This document shows, piece by piece, positions 18,299 to 27,386 of a stretch of DNA of 64,000 nucleotides. Origin of the DNA: an uncultured Clostridia bacterium (GTDB taxonomy: Bacteria; Bacillota; Clostridia; Christensenellales; CAG-314). Below the pieces are notes generated by a model, which worked only from the letters and a program-made list of their open reading frames with translations, was not told the origin of the DNA and did no database searches. The stretch is from contig CALVWF010000003.1 of NCBI GenBank assembly GCA_944364615.1, positions 26,428 through 90,427 on the forward strand, read 5' to 3'. Each line of letters starts with the position of its first letter. Within the stretch, counting starts at the first letter, position 1. A program made the translations under genes and the position numbers.

Positions 18299-18664
18299 TT
18301 GTGGAATATTATTACCGACAATTCTGATTACCGATGGCGAAGCGATTTGTCCAAAATTGAAGTTGTGGACAATGAGCATTTTATCGAATACACCAAAAAC
18401 GGTTTTCCTACTTATTTTACCATAACCGCAAAAGAAAAATTGAAAGAATATAAATTCGATTTGGAAAACTCCAACTTAAAGGGAAAGTGGATTGGTATTT
18501 TTAACGAACTTTCCGACGGCAGTGTCGAACTGGATTTTACCGAAGAGATAGAAGTTAAAAATTTTGTTCTGAGATTGTTGGCAAAAGTTTATCTGAAAGG
18601 TCAGCAAAAAAGATACATAAATGACTTGGAAAAAGAATTAGAAAAGCAATCTTCCCGCTTATAA
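18299..18664 (+). CDS. SRPBCC (polyketide-cyclase/START-like) family protein; true start uncertain
   Basis: The motif W-N-I-I-T-D-N-S-D-Y-R-W near the N-terminus is typical of SRPBCC proteins. The TTG start from the ORF track has no RBS. The frame is open from 18242, and AAGGTGG at 18239-18245 precedes in-frame GTT (18251) and ATT (18254). Confidence 0.6.
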   Translation: MWNIITDNSDYRWRSDLSKIEVVDNEHFIEYTKNGFPTYFTITAKEKLKEYKFDLENSNLKGKWIGIFNELSDGSVELDFTEEIEVKNFVLRLLAKVYLKGQQKRYINDLEKELEKQSSRL

Positions 18665-18796
18665 AAACGTAGTATTGCAAATTGTAATATTAAAATCAAA
18701 CATAAATTTAATCGGCACGTATCTGCAAACGGTAGATAAATAATATTGTGCAAAAGCGTTAATGTGAATTTTATTTCAACAGAACAGAGGTCGATT

Positions 18797-19579
18797 ATGA
18801 AAATTGAAATGACAGGTTACAATGACGGAAAAGCCATTGCCATATATTCAAATATAAAAATATTCCCTTATTTTGCAGTCACGTTGATTCTGTCGTTAGT
18901 GTCGATGATTTTAGCCTTGGTTTTTAACCTTTACGAATTGATGTTGGTATTTATATTGCCAATATTGCTTTTGTTAGGCATGCTGTTAAACACGGTCGTA
19001 AATTCTCACGCAAAAGGATATTTGAAGGGACTTAAAGTAAAGCACAGATTTTGCCTTGAAAACGGAATACTTTTTAAAGACGGTAAAGAAATAAAAAGCA
19101 CAGAAGATATAAAAATTTACAAATTCAGAAAGTTTCTTTTTTTAGAATTGAAACAATCGTTTTACCGTATAGAAGACAGTGATTATATTACGGGCAGCCG
19201 AACAGAGTTTTTAGCACAGGTAAAATTTTACAATAAAAGCCGTGTGTATTTCAACTTGCCTGAAATTTCCGATGAAAAAATAACCGACTTGCTTTTCGGG
19301 GAGATAGATACAAAAAATAAGTTAAGGCTGTTTTGTTCCTCCGACAAAAAAAGAATCGTATATATCTACCGTAATGCCGACGGAACGTATTCCGTAGGCC
19401 GTGAAAAAATGACGATTTCCGACAATGAAGAAAGGATATACACACACAAGTACGGATGGTGGGAACCTGAACCGGGAGACAACTCCATATCGTTTTACGG
19501 AACGGAAGAAGAAGCATTCAACGACATACGAAATGAGTTGAAAGGTTTTACCGAATTGACAGGCCGAAACCAAAAGTAA
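18797..19579 (+). CDS. membrane protein with YcxB-like (bacterial PH-like) domain and an unknown C-terminal domain
   Basis: The ATG at 18797 follows AGAGG. There are two TM helices, followed by KHRFCLENGILFKDGKEI...FLFLELKQSFYRI, which resembles YcxB-like domains. I did not recognise the C-terminal 85 aa. The gene is rich in TTA codons. Confidence 0.55.
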   Translation: MKIEMTGYNDGKAIAIYSNIKIFPYFAVTLILSLVSMILALVFNLYELMLVFILPILLLLGMLLNTVVNSHAKGYLKGLKVKHRFCLENGILFKDGKEIKSTEDIKIYKFRKFLFLELKQSFYRIEDSDYITGSRTEFLAQVKFYNKSRVYFNLPEISDEKITDLLFGEIDTKNKLRLFCSSDKKRIVYIYRNADGTYSVGREKMTISDNEERIYTHKYGWWEPEPGDNSISFYGTEEEAFNDIRNELKGFTELTGRNQK

Positions 19580-19648
19580 ATAATGTTGCAATGTAAAACA
19601 TTGTGCTAAACTACGACATTTATGACATTGTGGTAATGGTAATGACAT

Positions 19649-20164
19649 ATGCGATTACTGTTTGAACTGAAAGACAAGGAGTGCGACGACTTTAGTAATA
19701 AAACATTCAGACCGTCTGCACGCGCAATAATCATCCAAAACAAGAAAGTGTACATGGTACACAGCGTTTTGTACGACTACTACAAGTTTCCGGGCGGTGG
19801 AATAGAACCGGGCGAGAGCATTATCAACACTTTGATAAGAGAGACCGAAGAAGCGGGGCTTGAGGTAATGTCCGATTCCGTAAAAGAATACGGTTGTGTT
19901 CACCGTGAGCAAAGATACGGCGGGGCGAAAGGCACAATATTTGTACAGGACAATTACTATTTTTTTTGTAAGGTAAAGCGACGCAGGTTGCCTCAACGGT
20001 TAGAAGACTACGAAATGACGGAAAAATTCACTTTGGAACTGGTCGAACCGTTGCGCGCAATAGATGTCAACAGAAACAAAGACCACGGACCTAAAAGTCA
20101 ACAGATGACGGAAAGAGAAGCAAGGGTTTTAGAACTGCTTTTGGAGGAAGGATATTTCGATTAA
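19649..20164 (+). CDS. NUDIX hydrolase
   Basis: Nudix box GGGIEPGESIINTLIRETEEAGLEV (GX5EX7REUXEEXGU). Confidence 0.85.
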   Translation: MRLLFELKDKECDDFSNKTFRPSARAIIIQNKKVYMVHSVLYDYYKFPGGGIEPGESIINTLIRETEEAGLEVMSDSVKEYGCVHREQRYGGAKGTIFVQDNYYFFCKVKRRRLPQRLEDYEMTEKFTLELVEPLRAIDVNRNKDHGPKSQQMTEREARVLELLLEEGYFD

Positions 20165-20436
20165 TCGCATTACGTAAACGTACTGTTTGCGGGCGTTATT
20201 TGTGCAGCCATCGTTGCGAACGGTAATTGATTTCCTTTACATTTATCTAATCAGTTGATTTTGTATTTTGTTTAATAAACGTAATGTATATTGTAGAGAA
20301 TAAGGTCAGAACAGTGAAGTAAAATGTCAATCAAGATGCAGTACGCTGATCGACAGTCTTAGATATCTGTCGTTTAAAGGTGACTTGACGTTTGGTTTAA
20401 ACTTTGATATGATGTTAAAAAAAAGCGGAGTGCAAT

Positions 20437-21096
20437 ATGGCGAAATTCGACGAAAAATATTTTAATGACGGCTTGCATGAGGAATACGACGTTAAAAATT
20501 TACTTGCAGATGGCGAAGAAATACTGTGGCAGGGAACGCCTGACAGAAAGGCTTTTGTGCTGGGCAGCGTATTCAAAATGATGCCCGTTGCTCTGTTATG
20601 GCTTGCGATAGACGGCACCATTATATATTTTATCGTGTCCGGCGGTGTGTTGAATGAGATGGGTTGGTTTGCATTTGCTCTGATCGGATTTTTTGCAATA
20701 CATCTGTTGCCCGTGTGGATATGGATAGGAAACATCGTAAATGCAGGTACAAGACAGAAAAATACCCAATACGTGTTTACAAACAAGCGTATTGTCATAA
20801 AGACAGGATTTATAGGAATAAATGTAACAAACATTTATTATCAGGAAATATCCACCGTAAACCTCAGGGTAGGAATTATTGACAAATGGTGTCATGTGGG
20901 AGATATTTACATCAGTACCGGTTTCGGTTCCACACGTAGCAATATGACCTCTCAGGTTTTGTGGGATGTAAAGGATCCTTACGTATTGACTGCCAAGTTG
21001 CAGAACATTGTCAACGATATCAAGACTGACATGGCTTTTCCAAATGATCTTCGTCCCGATTCCAACAGCGGGTATAACGTCAAATACAAAAACTGA
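20437..21096 (+). CDS. bacterial PH-domain (bPH_2/DUF304, YdbS/YdbT-like) membrane protein
   Basis: EEILWQGTPDRKAF, two TM helices, then YVFTNKRIVIKTG...STVNLRVGIIDKWCHVGDIYI. Confidence 0.75.
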   Translation: MAKFDEKYFNDGLHEEYDVKNLLADGEEILWQGTPDRKAFVLGSVFKMMPVALLWLAIDGTIIYFIVSGGVLNEMGWFAFALIGFFAIHLLPVWIWIGNIVNAGTRQKNTQYVFTNKRIVIKTGFIGINVTNIYYQEISTVNLRVGIIDKWCHVGDIYISTGFGSTRSNMTSQVLWDVKDPYVLTAKLQNIVNDIKTDMAFPNDLRPDSNSGYNVKYKN

Positions 21097-21126
21097 ATTT
21101 TTGTGAAAAACAAAAACTATACGGTA

Positions 21127-21161
21127 ACGGCGCAGACAAAAATGTCTGCGCCGTTTCTTTT
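21127..21161 (+). terminator. intrinsic terminator
   Basis: ACGGCGCAGAC-AAAAAT-GTCTGCGCCGT followed by TTCTTTTG. Confidence 0.8.
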
Positions 21162-21176
21162 GTTGCTGTAGATTTT

Positions 21177-21566
21177 TTAAGTTACTGTTTCAAAGGGCCA
21201 GTCAATTATTCCGCCGAAATCCTTTACGTTTGTGTATCCGAGTTTAAGCAGTGTGTTTGCCGCCTGCCTGCTGCGGTTACCGCTCCTGCAATAAACAAGT
21301 ATAAGTGCGTTTTTGTCGGGAAGTTCCTTTTCTGCACGTTTTGCCAGTTCGTAGTCGGGTATAAGTATCGCGCCCGGTATATGTCCTTGCGAAAACTCTT
21401 CGGGGGTTCGTACATCCAAAACCGTACAGTTGTTCTGCGATTGCATAAGTTCGTACGCCTGATTTGGAGTTATTTTGACATAGGAAGGATGTTTTGCGGT
21501 TGAAATCAATACTATTGCGATTAACGCAATGATCGCTACGGAAATAAAGACAATTGTTTTGGGCAT
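21177..21566 (-). CDS. rhodanese-like domain protein with N-terminal membrane anchor
   Basis: Active-site loop YCRSGNRSRQAA, plus VLDVRTPEEFSQGHIPGA. Confidence 0.85.
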   Translation of the reverse strand: MPKTIVFISVAIIALIAIVLISTAKHPSYVKITPNQAYELMQSQNNCTVLDVRTPEEFSQGHIPGAILIPDYELAKRAEKELPDKNALILVYCRSGNRSRQAANTLLKLGYTNVKDFGGIIDWPFETVT

Positions 21567-21735
21567 GTTTTCCTCTGATTAGTGTTTTTTACTTGTGTGG
21601 AATGTTTATTTTTTAAATTATACAACTTTTGAGCATTTTTGGCAGTGATTCAGTTACATTATATTTAAAGCGGGTGTTACGCAAATGAGTATTGACGTAA
21701 ATGAAGGCAAAATTTAACTTTTTTTCGCAAACATA

Positions 21736-21764
21736 TTGAAAAACGGATTTTTATATAGTATAAT
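21736..21764 (+). promoter_or_regulatory. sigma-A type promoter of comEC
   Basis: TTGAAA, 17 nt, TATAAT. Confidence 0.6.
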
Positions 21765-21770
21765 TTAGTC

Positions 21771-21989
21771 AATAAATATATTAATCCTGCCTGGTGCGAT
21801 ACGTTTTACATTGCGTCAACCACATTTCGTAAAAGGGAATCGGCGTCCAAGAATCTATGTCAGGCCTCGACGGCTTATTTAAGTTAGAGAGCATTTGCTC
21901 CGGTGGAAGACAAAACTTCTTGGCAGATTACCCACCTGTGTATACAGGTTGAATCCGGTAAAACAACGGCCAAGGCAGGATATTTTTAT
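21771..21989 (+). promoter_or_regulatory. long structured 5' leader of comEC with an RBS-sequestering long-range helix (class unknown)
   Basis: ATCCTGCCTGG (21784-21794) pairs with CCAAGGCAGGAT (21970-21981) as 9 bp, a 1-nt bulge, then 2 bp. The 3' strand contains the AGGA Shine-Dalgarno 9 nt before the ATG at 21990. An internal hairpin ACCTGT-GTAT-ACAGGT lies at 21934-21949. Confidence 0.5.
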
Positions 21990-24152
21990 ATGAAGCGGAT
22001 GCCTATGAGAAAGTGGATCAATGACAGACCTATATTGTTTTGGACGTTGTCGTTTATTGCGGGCATTTTGCTGTCCTTTTGTATTATCTGCGGATTGTGG
22101 TGGATTGCCGTTGTGTTTTCGGTGGCATTGACCACTGTTTTTATTTTGTGCAGGAAAAATTCAAAGGCACTCACTAAAATTGCTCTGCTGACCGCTTCTT
22201 TTATGTTGGGTACACTTGTATTCTGGGCAAATTACGTCAATATTCTGTCAATGGAAGTGGAGAGTTCGCCTTGTGTGGTAACAGGCGTATTTACTGATCG
22301 TGTGTATGACGGCAACAATTATATGTCGGTGGTATTACGCGATTGTTCGGTAACGCTTGCGGACGGAACGCAGATAAACGTGGATGTCAACGTGATTTTG
22401 TTCGACGAAGAACAGATCGACCTTGTGGCAACGGGATATAAGGCGACTTTTTACGGCGAAATAAGTTACAATTATATATTTAAAGACGGCGTGGACAGTT
22501 ATACTTACAAAAACGATGTGTATTACACGGTGACTTCCGTCAACGGACTTACCGTAAGTCAAGGACAACCTACTCTTGCCGAAAAATGCAGATTGTACAT
22601 TTTGCAGACTCTCACACGCTATTGTCCCGAAACCGCCGACCTTTCATATGCTTTAATAATCGGAGACAAATCGTTTGTGGACGGCAACGACATGCAGTCT
22701 TTCCGCACGGCGGGTATTGCACATTTACTTGCGGTAAGCGGTCTGCATGTCGGATTTATAGTAGGCATATTTGAATTTATATTTGAAAAATTTAAAGTGC
22801 ATCCGCTCAAAAGGTTGGCTGTTTCCCTTCCTCTTTTGCTGTTTTACGCATATTTATGCGGTTTTCCGGCATCGGTAATGAGAGCGGTTGTAATGGCAGT
22901 GTGTGTACAATTGTGCAGATTTGCTTTCCGTAAGGTTGATTTGCTGACATCCTTGTCTGCGGCGTGTATAGTGATTCTGTCTGTAAAACCGCTTTATCTG
23001 TTCGATGCAGGATTTTTGCTTTCTGTAAGCGCGGTGTACGGTATTGCCACTTTTACCGCTGCGACAAACAGACTTATAAAGCGCAGATTCAGCGGATTTA
23101 CGGCAAAGATACTCACTTCGCTGTCCGTATCCTTTGGCGCAACTGTGGGAACAATGGGTTGGTCGTTGTATTTTTACGGATATTTGCCCGTGTTCGGCAC
23201 ATTGGTCAATCTTGTCGCAATACCGGTTGTTTCGGTTGCCTTTATATGCATCGTTGCAGGACTTATTCCTGTTGTGGGACAAATTTTTCTGTTTGTTTCC
23301 GACAAACTGATTCTTTTTGTACTTGCCGTTGCCCGTGCAGTGTCAAGTGCATCCGCGTCTGCTCTTGTGCTTCCGTCGATAGGCATTGCAACCGTAATAA
23401 TCGGAATATGGCTGTTTGTGTACGGCGGATACGTAAATTTCAAAGGCAAGGAAAAGTTGACTGTGCATTGTCTGCTTGCATTGATATTTTTGTGCAGTTG
23501 TATATACAGTTTCATCCCTAAAGACGCGGGAACACGCATTTTTATCAATGAAACATACGGTGACAGTTGTGTGGTTGCCGTAAACAACGGCGAAGTGGCT
23601 GTAATCAGTAATCTGCAATACGGCGAAACGGACAAGATTGTAAGTACAATGAATTTCAAATACGAAAGTCTGTCGCTGTACGTAACCGATTTTACCAATG
23701 TAAGGCTTTCTGCGTTTCAATTGCTCAATGAACAAAGAAAGATAAACAGTGTGTACGTTTTGGACACAAGCGGCAACATTGCGGTAGAACGTTATTGTGA
23801 AAATCAGTCGATAGATGTCGTCCGTGTTCCGAAAAATTATTTTTCCGGCAATGACGTCAAAGTAAGAAGCATTTGGGACGGTTCGTTGGTCGGCGCTCTT
23901 GTGGTAGCAGACGATATGTCATTGGCTGTGGTCACAACGGACAACAGTTTGCTTTACGGCAATCTCGCTTTAAATCTGAAATCAATACCTACCGCTCTGA
24001 TGTGTTCCGCTCCTACTGCAGATATGCTTAAAGATTTCGAAAACTCGTATATTTTCACTACATATATGACCGACAAGAATATTTACTCGTCAAACCGTTG
24101 CGGAAACTTTACATTGATTCAAAAAGATGGTAAAATATTGCTAAAATTATAA
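21990..24152 (+). CDS. comEC: ComEC/Rec2 DNA internalisation channel protein
   Basis: Start moved to ATG 21990 (MKRMPMRKW, then TM helices). The competence-domain core reads FRTAGIAHLLAVSGLHVGF. holA follows immediately, as in many Firmicutes. Confidence 0.85.
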   Translation: MKRMPMRKWINDRPILFWTLSFIAGILLSFCIICGLWWIAVVFSVALTTVFILCRKNSKALTKIALLTASFMLGTLVFWANYVNILSMEVESSPCVVTGVFTDRVYDGNNYMSVVLRDCSVTLADGTQINVDVNVILFDEEQIDLVATGYKATFYGEISYNYIFKDGVDSYTYKNDVYYTVTSVNGLTVSQGQPTLAEKCRLYILQTLTRYCPETADLSYALIIGDKSFVDGNDMQSFRTAGIAHLLAVSGLHVGFIVGIFEFIFEKFKVHPLKRLAVSLPLLLFYAYLCGFPASVMRAVVMAVCVQLCRFAFRKVDLLTSLSAACIVILSVKPLYLFDAGFLLSVSAVYGIATFTAATNRLIKRRFSGFTAKILTSLSVSFGATVGTMGWSLYFYGYLPVFGTLVNLVAIPVVSVAFICIVAGLIPVVGQIFLFVSDKLILFVLAVARAVSSASASALVLPSIGIATVIIGIWLFVYGGYVNFKGKEKLTVHCLLALIFLCSCIYSFIPKDAGTRIFINETYGDSCVVAVNNGEVAVISNLQYGETDKIVSTMNFKYESLSLYVTDFTNVRLSAFQLLNEQRKINSVYVLDTSGNIAVERYCENQSIDVVRVPKNYFSGNDVKVRSIWDGSLVGALVVADDMSLAVVTTDNSLLYGNLALNLKSIPTALMCSAPTADMLKDFENSYIFTTYMTDKNIYSSNRCGNFTLIQKDGKILLKL

Positions 24153-24162
24153 GGGGAACAAA

Positions 24163-25119
24163 GTGATAAAGTTTATTTCATTAAAGGAAAAACTTAAAAA
24201 CAATTTTTTCCCGCTCTTGGTAGTTTACGGAAACGACCTTTGGCTTAAAGAAAAAGCAATCGAAAACATCGTCGGCAGTCTTGACATTACCGTTGATATC
24301 AATATTTCACGGTTTGAGCAGACATCGGATTTCGACGCTGTATTTATGGCATGCGCTACATTGCCGTTTATCGACAGGTACAGGGCGGTAATTGCCGAGT
24401 TGATTGTTCCCCAGGGCAGAAAAGCGCAGGAATTAAAGGAAAGGCTGGAAAAATTTGCCGCTTATCCGCAACAAAGTTGCTGTCTGATTATAGTGTGCGA
24501 CAATCCTAAACCTTTCGAAACCGTCAGAGGCGCGGAAACGGTCGATTGTTCCAGACTTGACACCGAAAACGTAGTGCGGTGGATTACTTCATACGTCCGA
24601 CTTAACAAAGGCAATATAGACAGAAACACTGCGCTCAAAATCGCTGAATATTGCCTTAACGATATGGCTCGCGTCAGCACCGAAACGGAAAAACTTGTCG
24701 GATATTCACCCGACGTCACACAGGAAAACGTGCAGTTACTTGTACACAAGGATATGGAATACGTAGTATTCGACTTGGGCAAGGCAATCGCGGTAAAGAA
24801 TGTAGAAAAGTCGTTGTCGATGGTATCGTCACTTATCGAGAAAGGCGAAGAACCGCGATCTCTTTTCAGTGTGCTGTACAACTTTTACAGGCGCATGTAT
24901 TACGTCCGTACTTCGGAAGGAAGCAACGAAAGCAAGGCGGAACTGCTGGGCGTAAAACCTTATGCCTTGCGTTACGTTGCCGAAGTGGCTGCCGAATACA
25001 GACCCGTTCAACTTAAAAAAGCGTTAAATCTGTTTCTCGACGCCGACGCCAAAATAAAGCGTTTCTTTAATGACAGAGAAACCTTGGAATATCTTGTTTT
25101 GCAACTTTTGCAACTTTAA
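24163..25119 (+). CDS. holA: DNA polymerase III subunit delta
   Basis: GTG start after AAGGGGA. 318 aa. PLLVVYGNDLWLKEKAIENI-type N-terminus. Conserved position after comEC. Confidence 0.75.
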   Translation: MIKFISLKEKLKNNFFPLLVVYGNDLWLKEKAIENIVGSLDITVDINISRFEQTSDFDAVFMACATLPFIDRYRAVIAELIVPQGRKAQELKERLEKFAAYPQQSCCLIIVCDNPKPFETVRGAETVDCSRLDTENVVRWITSYVRLNKGNIDRNTALKIAEYCLNDMARVSTETEKLVGYSPDVTQENVQLLVHKDMEYVVFDLGKAIAVKNVEKSLSMVSSLIEKGEEPRSLFSVLYNFYRRMYYVRTSEGSNESKAELLGVKPYALRYVAEVAAEYRPVQLKKALNLFLDADAKIKRFFNDRETLEYLVLQLLQL

Positions 25120-25127
25120 GGAGTAAA

Positions 25128-25631
25128 ATGATCGACAAATTAAGACAAAATTACCGTGCGTCCCTATGGGCGGTCAGAATACTGTTTGTAGTTACTTTTG
25201 TGTTTGCACAGTGGCGTGAATCAGTAACGGCTCTTATGTTGTTTATGAATAACAACAGTATTTGGCTTGCATTGGCAATGTGCGCTTTGAGCGGTATTAT
25301 TGCTTTGGTTCTTTATCCTTTCGTGATAAATGTGCTTCTCAATTTGTTCAGAATATACAGTGTGCCAAGGGCGGAGTACGTACTGTTGGCATTGTTTTAC
25401 GCTTCCTTCGGTCAGTTGATTACGGGGGCGCTAAACTGTATTTTGTTTATAACTCCAGTGGTAGTAACCTGGGGAGCGATATTGTTTAATTTTATCGGAA
25501 CAACCGTTGCAGCGGTAATGTTCTACGCAAAGACATCGAAACTTTATTTTAACGACATAACACGAGTCTACTATTTCAAAAATCTTGCAATAGTGTATTT
25601 TGTCGTAATGATATTGGGGGTGATATTGTGA
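25128..25631 (+). CDS. hypothetical membrane protein (167 aa)
   Basis: TAAGGAG precedes the ATG. Four to five hydrophobic helices. Its stop overlaps the next start (GTGA). Confidence 0.6.
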   Translation: MIDKLRQNYRASLWAVRILFVVTFVFAQWRESVTALMLFMNNNSIWLALAMCALSGIIALVLYPFVINVLLNLFRIYSVPRAEYVLLALFYASFGQLITGALNCILFITPVVVTWGAILFNFIGTTVAAVMFYAKTSKLYFNDITRVYYFKNLAIVYFVVMILGVIL

Positions 25632-26836
25632 AGACAACAGCCCTCTTATCGGCAATGATGTTGATTGCGTTAATATTTATACCTATGTTTTCGGCGCCTG
25701 TTGCTGTTGCGGAAAATGCAGGCACGTCTGTAAATTTTGATGACTACGAATCGTCGGAAGTGTACAAATTTGTACAGTATTTTTCCGAAACTTATCCTTC
25801 GCGCATTGCCGGAAGCGACACGGAAAGACAAGCGGCACTTTATATCAAGCAATGCTTCGAACAGATTCTCGAAGGCACCGACTCTTCGGTTGAATTGCAA
25901 TCGGCAGAGCAGTCAAGCAATGTCGTGGCGACACTGAATTCAGCCGCTTCAAATGAATACAGGATAATTATAGGCGCTCATTACGACAGTGTACTCGGTT
26001 CTGAAGGCGCACAGGACAATGCCTCGGGCGTTGCCGCATTGCTGGAAATTGCAAGACAGTTGGCGTCCTATAATTTGCAACTTCCCGTGGACGTTGTTTT
26101 TATAGCATTCGGAGGAGAAGAAGCGGGGCTTATCGGTTCCTACGGATATGTCGGCTCAATGACGTCAACGGACGTGCAACGCACTTTGATGATGATAAAC
26201 CTCGACAGTATTGCCGGCGGAGATTATCTTTATCTGCATTGCGAAACGGTTGCAAACGATATGGAAAGATTTTTTGTCGACAATTTCGCAACCTATTCCG
26301 AAATTTCCGTAAAGCCTTATACCAACGGTGTTGTCGTTTTCCCCGGGATGTTGGGTGACTACTACGAAAAGTTGCAGGCTTCCGATCAAACGCCGTTCAG
26401 AGCAATGGGGATTCCTACCGCGCTGTTTATTTCTGGCAATTACAAGACATTCAGTTGGGATTACGTCGAAAGCGCAGACGAATCCTATTGCGTAATGAAC
26501 AGCAACCGCGATACATTCGACAACCTCAATCGCAGAAAGGAAGAGTTTGTCAAAAAAATTCTTACGGTTTCCGATACGATTGTTTCCGTTATAAAAGCCG
26601 ACGGTTTTCGTGACATGGCGATAAACGCAAGAAGCGGATTGGTAAATCTCGATGTCGTTTATTCTCAACGTTGGCCTGTAATAGCACGTATTGCGATAAC
26701 GCTGATACTTGCATTTGTAGCATGGAGATACTACAGGTCGTTGCGCAAAAAGTCCTATATGAGCAACGTTTCTGCAGGCGGAACGGGCAACAAAGTTTTT
26801 ACTTCTCCCCAAGCGGACGACGTGTTTGATTTGTAA
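25628..26836 (+). CDS. M28 family metallopeptidase with signal peptide and C-terminal TM anchor
   Basis: IIGAHYDS, QDNASGVAALLEIARQL, FGGEEAGLIGS. Confidence 0.85.
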   Translation: MKTTALLSAMMLIALIFIPMFSAPVAVAENAGTSVNFDDYESSEVYKFVQYFSETYPSRIAGSDTERQAALYIKQCFEQILEGTDSSVELQSAEQSSNVVATLNSAASNEYRIIIGAHYDSVLGSEGAQDNASGVAALLEIARQLASYNLQLPVDVVFIAFGGEEAGLIGSYGYVGSMTSTDVQRTLMMINLDSIAGGDYLYLHCETVANDMERFFVDNFATYSEISVKPYTNGVVVFPGMLGDYYEKLQASDQTPFRAMGIPTALFISGNYKTFSWDYVESADESYCVMNSNRDTFDNLNRRKEEFVKKILTVSDTIVSVIKADGFRDMAINARSGLVNLDVVYSQRWPVIARIAITLILAFVAWRYYRSLRKKSYMSNVSAGGTGNKVFTSPQADDVFDL

Positions 26837-26852
26837 TGTAAAATGGAGCAAA

Positions 26853-27386
26853 ATGAAAAATACCGGACTTAAAAAATGGCAGTTTGCCTTGATATATTCT
26901 GCGGTGATAGCGGTAAGTATAGTGCTTGATCAATCGAGCAAGATATTGCTTGAACCTGTTCTTGCGGATAAAGACATTCCCATTATAGGAAGATGGTTTA
27001 TGCTTTCCTGGACGCTCAACGACGGCGCGGCGTTTGGAATGTTCGGCGGACAGAATGTTTTCTTTTTTATTATAACATTGCTGGCTCTGCCGATGTTCGT
27101 TTATCTGCTGATACGTTCCTATTATCAGGGAGTGTGGGGACAGGTAGGTTACTCGTTTATTATCGGCGGTCTGATAGGAAACGCCATTGACAGATTGTTC
27201 CTTGCACAGGAAGGATTTTTCAGCGGTTACGTGCGTGATTTCTTTTATGTAAAAGGATTTGCAGTGTTCAATGTTGCCGACAGTTTCCTGGTTGTAGGCA
27301 CCATTTGCGCCGTGCTTGCACTGATGTTTTTTGACAAAGACGCCGTATTTCCGTTAAAGAAAAAGGCGGAGAATGAAAATGAGTGA
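26853..27386 (+). CDS. lspA: lipoprotein signal peptidase II
   Basis: The ATG at 26853 follows TGGAG. NDGAAFG and FNVADSFLVVG motifs. Confidence 0.9.
   Translation: MKNTGLKKWQFALIYSAVIAVSIVLDQSSKILLEPVLADKDIPIIGRWFMLSWTLNDGAAFGMFGGQNVFFFIITLLALPMFVYLLIRSYYQGVWGQVGYSFIIGGLIGNAIDRLFLAQEGFFSGYVRDFFYVKGFAVFNVADSFLVVGTICAVLALMFFDKDAVFPLKKKAENENE

Noticed and set aside
21771-21989. Cobalamin riboswitch or SRP RNA identity for the comEC leader, suggested by AAAAGGGAATCGGCG, GGTTGAATCCGG and GCCAAGGCAG.
   Set aside because: The similarities are only short strings. I could not place a B12 box, or the GGAA tetraloop with AGCA symmetric-loop elements of SRP helix 8. The class is left open.
22854-23735. 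Several 130-185-aa ORFs on both strands inside comEC.
   Set aside because: They are internal to a confidently identified membrane-protein gene. They are Cys/Arg-rich frames typical of off-frame translation.
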